A DNA stretch of 62,361 bases, the filler included, from Basidiobolus meristosporus CBS 931.73 (lineage: Eukaryota > Fungi > Basidiobolomycota), in assembly GCA_002104905.1 (NCBI GenBank). It is 3 parts of 3 records of this genome, joined end to end, with 100 filler letters (N's around TTAATTAATTAA, not from the genome) between each part and the next. Parts side by side here need not be neighbours in the genome. Positions count along the whole stretch, not along the records: positions 1 to 23,666 come from MCFE01000962.1; 2 more parts are not named here. One strand, written 5' to 3'. Below the pieces are notes generated by a model. The model did not search any database and was not told where the DNA came from. It saw nothing but the letters and a program-made list of their open reading frames with translations. Of the stretch, positions 11,998 to 21,432 are shown one piece after another (the first letter of the stretch is position 1; each line of letters begins with the position of its first letter). Position numbers and translations under genes: made by a program.

Positions 11998-12736
11998 TGA
12001 TGAACTCGGTCCAGCAAACCCCGGCCTTTATAATGGCCACAGGACGGAGGTTCCTATTCATCCGTCCCGGGCAAACTATTTCTTCCACATTGGCATATGA
12101 AACCGCGATTTAGTTGATATTACTCGTTGAAATTTACTGTGTGCAAGCACGCTTATTAGGTAGTAGCCTTTTCTTGGCGTCTACTTTGTTGTGTTACTTT
12201 TTAGCTGCAATCCTACACGGTCAGGAAGTGCCAACCTACGCCTTGGGATTCGCTGTTTTAAATGAACTGCCTATTCCAACAATGTCTTGATGATGCAAAG
12301 CGTGTTTTGCGTATTCCCACTGTTTTATATGCGGAATATGGAAATACTGGTTAATGTTGTGATCAAATGCTTCTCAACATGCAAATGCATCCAACATTGA
12401 GAGTGAGATTATAAATGGTATAAAAGATTGGGCATCTTGTACTCAGCACATAAACTAGTGTTGTATGGTTGCTGGAGGCCAATGTATAATCACTCACTTA
12501 TTCAGCCAATGGAACTGACCAGCATTATCCTGCTTACAACTGATACCATAGTCAGCTGTATTTCTTCAAAAACCCCAGAAGGGGTGGGTAACAATTGCCA
12601 ACAGGTAGTGTCTTTTTCTCAATAACTCATATAAAGATTCCAAGTGCTACAATGATAGCTTTTTACAAGTAAATACAGAGAAGGGTCATTTTGTGAAAGC
12701 CTATAAGATATGTCACTAAGCTTAAGAGGGGTTTTT

Positions 12737-12941
12737 TGTATCCAGGAGAAAAGTGTAATAGAGCTCCCAAACAGTTTAACTTAACCTAAGTGACAACTAA
12801 GTGTAGAATCTTAGAATAGTCAGAAAGTGGCGGAAATATCAGCAGAGAGATTATGGTCTAATATTGGTCTTGTGTATAGCTGGGTTTGGCTACAAAGGCA
12901 ACAGAGTTGGTTTGCAATGCAGGCTAGGCTTGGTGTTCTTG
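12737..12941. repeat. Repeat R, copy 2 (partial)
   Basis: Similar to 5476-5680 and 13948-14150. Confidence 0.65.
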
Positions 12942-13947
12942 AGTGTAGGTGTTATAGTAAGGGCTAGGAAAAGGTTAGAAGAGCAGGGGGTCTGGGGGAA
13001 GCAGTCCCCTAGAGAATAAAAAAGCAGGGGCTCTGGGGGATGCAATCTCCCATACTGCTCCAATACTCTTTAAATTCCCTTTGGATTACTTTTCTTTGAT
13101 TCTTGGTTCTGGTCTGTTAGGGTTACAATACCTCCTCCTAACCCTTATCACCCTAACCATAAATGTTTTTACCCTATGATTGGCACTGTGTCTTGTCATA
13201 TAGTGGGCATGTCTGGGCCAATATTGGTCTTCTGCCACTTTCTGTATGCTCTGTATAAGTCTTGATGATTATTTAATTAATAAATTGTTACTTTTGATGC
13301 TATATCTAATAATTAATGGGAATCATCCCAGTCTGGCCACAATCACATATTCAAATAAGCTTTGGGCACCATTAACTCCATGGCCCTAATATGATAAAAA
13401 AAATCATGACCAATGCAAATTTTCTGTAACCTAATTGCTTTTACCATATATAGAGTGTATCTCAAAGTTTAATATAAATTATAGCTATAATAGAAACTTT
13501 GTTTGACACCATTGCAACTACTACTTGTGTTCCATGGGCACATGTATCCTGCAGGGGTCATCAATCATCAGCAATGTGGTAATAAAGTGCTCTTATTTTT
13601 TATCATGGTAGTTTTATATTAGTCCCTAACACACTTTTCCCTATGAAAAATAATTTGTTCCTGCAGGTGGATCAAATCCAGATCAGCCATCAGGATCCCA
13701 TTTGGAAACTGTCACAATACCAGCATCTTGGAATTAGTGACCCTCTTAACAATCTTATGATGGGATCACAACAGTGTTTTGCTAATTTACTGCCAAATAA
13801 AGTTATAAAATTTGACAGAATTTGATTGGTGCTGTGATAATAACTGCATGGCATTGTTGCAGCCTTATTGCACTCTATAACAATTTTAAATGGATCTAAC
13901 TGGCCAAGACATCCAATTGCATTATATGGCAAAAATCTTGATGGTAT

Positions 13948-14533
13948 TGTTGTATTCAAGAGTGAAGCATAATAAAACTCTTGAATGAGTTAATTGAACG
14001 TAAGTGATAACTAAGCACAGAATCTTAGAATTGTCAAGGGTGACAGAAATATTAGCAGAGAAGTTCTGGTCTAACATTGGTTTTGTATATAGTTGAGTTG
14101 GGCTATAAAGGCAACAGAGTTGGTTTGCTATACAGGCTAGGCTTGGTGTTCTTGGGAATACTAGATGTGCTAGGCTTGGGTGGAAACTAGAACAGAATTG
14201 CTGAATTCTTAATTTTGCTGAGGCACAATTTTAATTTTGTTGAGACATACACTAAACCAAAAGGCTTAGTAATCTTTATTTATATTTTTCTGATCAAGTT
14301 GAATTAGTAAGCACCAAGAGACTGGACTAATTGAAATCTGTTGGGGTGTTGATAGGTGCATAAGATAAATGAAAAATTGCATCATTAATCAGCTGATGTC
14401 TTGGCAAATGCTAAGTAGTTGGATAAATCTCAGATGACTAATTACTTGGAAAGGCTTAGCAAATCAGTTGAGGACGTAATGACCAAATGAAAATTGATCA
14501 GGTGTGACAGCTAAAAATAGATTCTGAGAAGTG
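13948..14533. repeat. Repeat R, copy 3, truncated where the telomeric retroelement array begins
   Basis: Begins TGTTGTAT; aligns to copy 1 up to attctgag, then switches to TAAGGG-TTAAGGGGG. Confidence 0.75.
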
Positions 14534-14544
14534 ATAAGGGTTAA

Positions 14545-14937
14545 GGGGGAGGAAAGTCACCAAGTGGTGAAATCTTTATTTACTTATGACAAGTATCTAA
14601 AGAAGCCAAGTTAATCTGAAGTTATTCCTAGAAAGCTAGGTCTGAGTGATATCTTCCTGGTAAGCCAGGTCTGAGAGTTGAGAAGCTGAGTGGCACTATA
14701 TTTCCTAGTTAGCTAGGTCTGAGAGAGGTTTCCTGGAAAGCCAGGCCTGAGAAGTGAGAATCTGAATATATCTGAGCTAAGTTATACTGGTTTGCAGTAG
14801 TTGAATTGTGGCTGGAATGGCCAGTAGACTGGGGGAACTGAGATGAATTTCTGGGCAATCACTGGCCATATTTACTAGGCAAATCTGGCCAATTAGCATT
14901 TCAAGGATTTCAGCCAATCAGAGCCTTTACTTTGCCC
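14545..14937 (-). mobile_element. Telomeric SINE copy S1 (5'-truncated, lacks tRNA head)
   Basis: Near-identical to 19838-20228; has the shared 3'-terminal motif; ends at tttgccc followed by TTAGGGGG. Confidence 0.85.
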
Positions 14938-15518
14938 TTAGGGGGAGGGAAAGTCACCAAGGTAGGTGAAATCTTTATTTGATTTCAGACAAGTCTAACT
15001 ACAAATAAAGAAGCCAGCTGGGAATAGAAAATTCCCAAAGTAAACACTAAGTTGAATATGAATAAATCTAGGCTAAAGTTAAGGCAGTATCCCAGAGTAC
15101 ACTGGAGTTCAGGCTCATGGGGGAGTGAAGTAGATAAGCTTGAGAGATATAATGATCTTTGAGGAAGTGGGTAACAGCAGGTGAAGGGGAGTTTTTGATA
15201 AGTGAAGTGAATCTTGAGAGCATATATTCCTCTAATGAGATGGTCTTGTAAACTGGAGAATCAGGAAACTCTTTAAAGGCATGGTCAGTAGGCTCCCAGT
15301 AAAACTGGTCAGAGACATTTTGAGAGAATTGCTTAGCAATACTTTTGTCAAGTACTACCTCCAGAGTGTGATGGTTGATAAATCTCACGTTAACAATCTT
15401 GGATATATTGTAACCTTGTTGCTTGAGATACATCCTATGCTCAGATATAGGAATAAACTCCACATTGGTAAAGTAGCAGACAGCCCAGTCAGTAGCAGGA
15501 GGCAAATCAGAGGTGGCA
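14938..15518 (-). mobile_element. ORF1-only telomeric retroelement (5'-truncated)
   Basis: ORF (stop 15068-15070) resembles terminal LINE ORF1 (WAVCYFTNV..ISKIVNV..TLEVVLDK vs WSLLYFANV..TSKIVNL..ILEMIVDR). It is followed by about 130 nt of 3' UTR with the shared terminal motif, and no RT. Confidence 0.75.
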
Positions 15519-16265
15519 GGGGGGGAGACAGTCACCAACAGGAGAGATCTTTATTTCAGTTGAAACAAAGAAGACAGCACTACTGTTGTAGCTTTGATAC
15601 AAGAGTGTGTAGTTGAGGGGAATTTGTAGGTAAGTTAATAACAAGTGATGATAGTTCTTCAGTGCTCAAGACACTGTTCAGTGGGAGGGGGGGTAGCAAG
15701 AGAGGTAAGAATGACTTGTGAACAACTTTAATGAGGGGAATATGACAAGGATTGATATTCATCATAAAGGGAGTGTGCTGCTGCAGATATTGCTGCCAAA
15801 GGTCTGTCAAGTACTTCAGGTAGGCCAGCTTGGGTTTTTCTGACTGCAGAATATAATGAGCAAACTCTTGACTTCAGGATCTCCAAGTATAGTTCTCCAG
15901 CAGGAGCCAGGTGTAGTGTGGTGTGTTCTCTTCCAGGCCTTATTCAGTGGGTTGTTGCAGTTGTGAAGTCTGAGGTATAATCTGGTTCTAAGGTAGAGAA
16001 GTCTGATCTTATAGGGTATAAACCCAAAAGCACCAAGAATAGCATGTCTGTAGGGGCATTCAGGCAGATGAGGCACCAAGGAGGTAATGCACCATACTGC
16101 AAACTTGTCAAGCTTAGTGCAGTCTCTAGAAGTAAGAGAGAGAAGTGGTAAGCCAAATTCCAGGACAGGGAAGACAAACTGCTTGAGTAGAAGGAGGCAG
16201 CTGGGAGCTGAAGTTGTAGGAGGAGTAACAGCCAGTAGCTTGTGGAGTGCCTGTCTTGCCAGGAT
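15519..16265 (-). mobile_element. Telomeric LINE family L, truncated and degenerate copy L1a
   Basis: 3' about 750 bp of the 17279-19837 element; ORF broken; capped by TTAGGG at 16266. Confidence 0.88.
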
Positions 16266-16495
16266 TTAGGGAGGGGGGGAGACAGTCACCAACAGGTGAA
16301 ATCTTTATTTCAGCTGAAACAAAGAAGCCAGCGCTACTGTTGTAGCTTTGATACAAGAGTGTGTAGCTGAGGGGAATTTGTAGGTAAGTTAATAAGAAGT
16401 GATGATAGTTCTTCAGTGCTCAAGACACTGTTCAGTGGGAAGGGGGGTAGCAAGAGAGGTAAGAATGACTTGTGAATAACATTAATGAGGGGAAT
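16266..16495 (-). mobile_element. Telomeric LINE family L, 3' stub L1b
   Basis: TTAGGG-A-GGGGGGG then the same 3' end as the other L copies; similarity stops near 16495. Confidence 0.85.
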
Positions 16496-16819
16496 TGTTG
16501 TGTTGTATTATGATTAGTTTGGGGCTTGTTCTACAATGTAGAGACTAATCAACAATATACAACAACTTCCAGTATGCTAATACTGAAATAGTTTATTGGG
16601 AGTTTGATATACCAATAGAAGATATAACTTTCACTAATTTCCTCAATCTTGGGCTCAAAATATACTGTAGGCAGTGTTTATCACTTCTACAGCAGTGTTC
16701 TGACCTTCTGTCGACTAATGGGCTTATTTACTTTTATAGTAACTTTTCCTTATTTGGAGGTCACTTTCCTTTCTGAGAAAATATTTCCTAATATGGAAAT
16801 TTTGAACTCCCCTTTAACC

Positions 16820-17060
16820 TAAAGGGGTGTGTTGTAGAAGTCTCTAAAGGGGTCTTTAGACCTAAAGGGGTGTCTAAAGGGGTGTCTTTAGAGTAAAGGG
16901 GCTTCTTGTAGTGGTCTCTAAAGTGGACTTTACACTAAAGGGGTGCCTAAAGGGGCTTCTTTAGAGTAAAGGGGTTTCTTAAAGGGGTCTCTAAAGGGGT
17001 CTTTAGACTAAAGGGGTGTCTAAAGGGGTGTCTTTAGAGTAAAGGGGCTTCTTAGAGGGG
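16820..17060 (+). repeat. G-rich minisatellite of TAAAGGGG-containing units
   Basis: 13 perfect AAAGGGG cores plus 2 variants; higher-order duplication 16841-16905 vs about 16988-17052. Confidence 0.9.
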
Positions 17061-17184
17061 ACTTTTCCGACAGAAAAGTGGTAGTTTCTTGTAGAACTTA
17101 GATTGGATTCTTGTGGGCTTTGCAGTCTCTTTACTGATGTAGTACCGATCAAAGTCAGAATACTCAACAGTGCAAGTGATGCAG

Positions 17185-17272
17185 TTAGGGGGGATGATCA
17201 TCACCAAAGGGTGAAATCTTTATTTAAATAATAAATAAAGAAGCCAAGTTTGAATATGAATATCTGAGATGC
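17185..17272 (-). mobile_element. 88-bp 3' stub of another telomeric retroelement family (U)
   Basis: TTAGGGGGG + variant terminal motif (tcaccaaagggtga; tctttatttaaataataaataaaga) + gaagccaag; capped by TTAGGG-TTAGGG at 17273. Confidence 0.75.
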
Positions 17273-17278
17273 TTAGGG

Positions 17279-19837
17279 TTAGGGGGGAGACAGTCACCAA
17301 CAGGTGAAATCTTTATTTCAGTTGAAACAAAGAAGCCAGCGCTACTGTTGTAGCTTTGATACAAGAGTGTGTAGCTGTGGGGAATTAGTAGGTAAGCTAA
17401 TAAGAAGTGATGATAGTACTTCTGTGCTCAAGACACTGTTCAGTGGGAAGGGGGGTAGCAAGAGAGGTAAGAATGACTTGTGAACAACATTAATGAGGGG
17501 AATGTGATAAGGATTGATATTCATCATAAAGGGAGTGTGCTGCTGCAGATATTGCTGCCAAAGGTCTGTCAAGTACTTCAGGTAGGCCAGCTTGGGGTTT
17601 TCTGACTGCAGAATAAATTCAGCAAACTTCTTGACTTCAGGATCTCCAAGTATAGCTCTCCAGCAGGAGCCAGGTGTTGTGTGGTGTGTTCTCTTCCAGG
17701 CCTTAATCAGTGGGTTGTTGCAGTTGTGAAGTCTGAGGTATAATCTGGTTCTAAGGTAGAGAAGTCTGATCTTATAGGGCATAAACCCAAAAGCACCAAG
17801 AATAGCATGTCTGTAGGGGCATTCAGGCAAATGAGGCACCAAGGAGGTAATGCACCATACTGCAAACTTGTCAAGCTTAGTGCAGTCTCTAGAAGTAAGA
17901 GAGAGAAGTGGTAAGCCAAATTCCAGGACAGGGAAGACAAACTGCTTGAGTAGAAGGAGGCAGCTGGGAGCTGAAGTTGTAGGAGGAGTAACAGCCAGTA
18001 GCTTGTGGAGTGCCTGTCTTGCCAGGATAATTCTCTTCTTCAGGTGTGCTCCAGAGTCTAGTCCAGTAGGAAGGAAAGGAAAGCCAAGATATGCAGCAGA
18101 AACCTGAGCAGGTAGAGTGGAGTTCTCCAAGTTGATGGGAGAGCCCAATGGTACTGTCTTTGCAATGGAAAGCTGGAGATTATTCTTCTGCAGATACTGG
18201 TGGATGGTCTGGGAGTCTTGTTGCACTTTGGAGGAGGATATTCTGATGTCATCAGCAAAGAGAGTAACCAGGCAGTCAGCTGAGAGTCTTGGGAAATCAT
18301 TCAGGAAGATGGCAAACAGTATAGGACCAAGCACAGAGCCTTGAACCACTCCATTAGGAACTGAGAACACAGCTGATTGCTCACTTGGGTGCAGAATTCT
18401 TGCTTGTGGATCCAGAAACAGAGACCTGACAAGGAGGGTGAGAGAGGTACTGGAGAAGCATTGCAACTTGGACCAAAGCAGATTTCTGTCAACTGAATCA
18501 AAGGCCTTAGTAATATCAAACAGAACTGAGGGATACTTGCACTGGAGAGTGTGATCTTGGCTAAGTATGACTGCATATTCCAAGGAGAGGCCAGGAACAA
18601 AGCCAAACTGTGCAGGATGAAACTTGAGGGAGTCAGAGTAGAGCTCCTGAGCAAGCAGAAGCTCAAACACCTTTCTGCAGGTGGGAAGCAGAGATATTGG
18701 CCTGTAGGAGCTAGGATCCAGGTGCTTTCCTTTGCCCTTGTACAGTGGCAGAACATTTGCAAAGGACCATTCCTCAGGAGTAGAAAGCTGGGCTGAGCAT
18801 TGCTGAAACAGTGGAAGCAGAAGTGCAGACATGGCCTTGGTACTAGTCTTCAGAAGCTCATAAGAGATTGTGTCCACACCTGGAGCAGTAGAGTTGGGAA
18901 GCCTCTTGAGCACATTATGGATTCTCCTTTGATCAAGTGCAAGTGGGATGGGCAGAGTCTTGAAGTCAGGATGAAAGCCAGGAGTTGAGTACTGCTTTGT
19001 AGAGAAGAAGATGTTAGCCAGCTGTTCTGTTGAAGGTAACTTCCTGGAAGAGGGCCTCATTGCCCTGTAGAGTCTTGATACTGTTCTTGTTATAGAGTTC
19101 GAAGATTGCAGAGGTAAGGAACTCATAATATGATCCCAGAGCTGAGTATGCAGAGTGTGGTGAATTGCCTTGGAGTGGTGTATTGCTGTCAGGAGGAGTT
19201 TCTCTGTTTTTGGGTTAGGGAAACTCAGGTAGCTTTGTTGCAGGGCTGAAACAATGGATTCCCATTTTCTTGAGGTAACAGCAGTAGTCTTGCATGGCAG
19301 TGAGAGGGAGGCAGACACCAGAATCAGATGCTTCACAAAGAGCCAGGCATAGTTGAGATCATCTGGCAGAGAAAGTAGCAAACTGGCAAGCTTCAAGTAG
19401 TTCCCAAAGTCTTTCTTCTGATTCTTGGTAGCTTTGTGGGTGAGCACAGTAAGTTTTGGCAGCTTCTTCTTCACAACTGGTTGCATAGAAAGGGACCAGG
19501 CTGGGTGGTCAGAGGCTCTCAAGGATCCTAGCTCAGCTCCGGAGAGTTGCTTGACTTCATTCACAAAGTAGAGGGCAGCAGCAGAAGGGCAGATCCAGTC
19601 AACATATCTTTTCTCAGATTGAGCACCTAGTGCTAGCAGATGGCTTTCTCTCAGGAAGTTCAGTAGGAATGTAGACCTTGGCTTCATTCTTGCAGTCAGA
19701 GTAGTCTTGTTCTCAGGATGGGGAATGTTGAGATCTCCAAGCAAGATAATAGGTGTTGATATAGATTGCTGGTATTTCTGGACTTTCTGGCATATAACTT
19801 GCACTTCCTGAAGGGCAAGACTTGGAGGCAGATAGCA
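17279..19837 (-). mobile_element. Telomeric LINE family L, copy L2 (APE-RT ORF2, 5'-truncated within APE)
   Basis: Open ORF 17342-19837: YLPP, GDLNIPH, VDW, SDH (APE); SYRPISLL, FDITKAFD, QGSVLGP, LFADD (non-LTR RT). The first residues of the listed ORF (MVTFLP) come from the adjacent SINE end. Confidence 0.93.
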
Positions 19838-20360
19838 GGGGAGGAAAGTCACCAAGTGGTGAAATCTTTATTTACTTATGACAAGTATCTAAAGAAGCCA
19901 AGTTAATCCGAAGTTATTCCTAGAAAGCTAGGTCTGAGAGATATCTTCCTGGTAAGCCAGGTCAGAGAGTTGAGAAGCTGAGTAGTACTATATTTCCTAG
20001 TTAGCTAGGTCTGAGAGTGGTTTCCTGGAAAGCCAGGCCTGAGAAGTGAGAACCTGAATATATCTGAGCTAAGTTATACTGGTTTGTGGTAGCTGAATTG
20101 TGGCCAGAATAGCCAGTAGACTGGGGGAACTGAGATGAATATCTGGGTGATCACTGGCCAAATTTACTAGGCAAATCTGGCCAATTAGCATTTCAAGGAT
20201 CTCAGCCAATCAGAGCCTTTACTTTGCCCAATGGTTGATCAAGCCATCTCCCAATGAGCACACATCAATTTATTAATCAAATTTTGCTGGATCCAGGATT
20301 TGAACCCACAACCATGGGTATGGAAGGGTTAGGGATAACCACAAGGCTAAGTGTTCTTGG
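19838..20360 (-). mobile_element. Telomeric tRNA-derived SINE, copy S2 (full length, about 520 bp)
   Basis: Minus-strand head has A box TAGCCTTGTGG and B box GGTTCAAATCC; non-coding body; shared LINE-type 3' end. Confidence 0.85.
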
Positions 20361-20888
20361 TTAGGGGGAGGAAAGTCACCAAGTGGTGAAATCTTTATTT
20401 ACTTATGACAAGTATCTAAAGAAGCCAAGTTAATCTGAAGTAATTCCTAGAAAGCTAGGTCTGAGAGATATCTTCCTGGTAAGCCAGGTCTGAGAGTTGA
20501 GAAGCTGAGTGGTACTATATTTCCTAGTTAGCTAGGTCTGAGAGTGGTTTCCTGGAAAGCCAGGCCTGAGAAGTGAGAATCTGAATATATCTGAGCTAAG
20601 TTATACTGGTTTGCGGTAGCTGAATTGTGGCCGGAATGGCCAGTAGACTGGGGGAACTGAGATGTAATTTCTGGGCGATCACTGGCCAAATTTACTAGGC
20701 AAATCTGGCCAATTAGCATTTCAAGGATTTCAGCCAATCAGAGCCTTTACTTTGCCCGATGGTTGATCAAGCCATCTCCCAATGAGCACACATCAATTTA
20801 TTAATCAAATTTTGCTGGATCCAGGATTTGAACCCACAACCATGCGTATGGAAGGGTTAGGGATAACCACAAGGCTAAGTGTTCTTGG
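20361..20888 (-). mobile_element. Telomeric SINE copy S3
   Basis: Near-identical to S2; begins TTAGGGGG. Confidence 0.85.
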
Positions 20889-20915
20889 TTAGGGTTAGGG
20901 TTAGGTAGGTAGGGG
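20889..20915 (+). repeat. Interstitial telomeric tract TTAGGG-TTAGGG-TTAGG-TAGG-TAGGGG
   Basis: Read directly; lies between SINE copies S3 and S4. Confidence 0.9.
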
Positions 20916-21432
20916 AGGAAAGTCACCAAGTGGTGAAATCTTTATTTACTTATGACAAGTATCTAAAGAAGCCAAGTTAATCTGAAGTAATTCCTAGAAA
21001 GCTAGGTCTGAGAGATATCTTCCTGGTAAGCCAGGTCTGAGAGTTGAGAAGCTGAGTGGTACTATATTTCCTAGTTAGCTAGGTCTGAGAGAGGTTTCCT
21101 GGAAAGCCAGGCCTGAGAAGTGAGAATCTGAATATATCTGAGCTAAGTTATACTGGTTTGCGGTAGCTGGATTGTGGCTGGAAAGGCCAGTAGACTGGGG
21201 GAACTGAGATGAATTTCTGGGCAATCACTGGCCAAATTTACTAGGCAAATCTGGCCATTAGCATTTCAGGATTTCAGCCAATCAGAGCCTTTACTTTGCC
21301 CGATGGTTGATCAAGCCATCTCCCAATGAGCACACATCAATTTATTGATCAAATTTTGTTGGATCCAGGATTTGAACCCACAACCATGGTTATGGAAGGG
21401 TTAGGGATAACCACAAGGCTAAGTGTTCTTGG
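20912..21432 (-). mobile_element. Telomeric SINE copy S4
   Basis: Near-identical to S2 and S3; followed by TTAGGGGGG of L3. Confidence 0.85.

Noticed and set aside
16496-17169. Solo LTR suggested by TGTTG...CAACA ends
   Set aside because: No TSD and no similarity to the LTR families in this window.
20285-20356. Functional tRNA gene
   Set aside because: Acceptor and anticodon stems do not pair; only the A/B boxes and landmark words remain, so it is treated as a SINE head.
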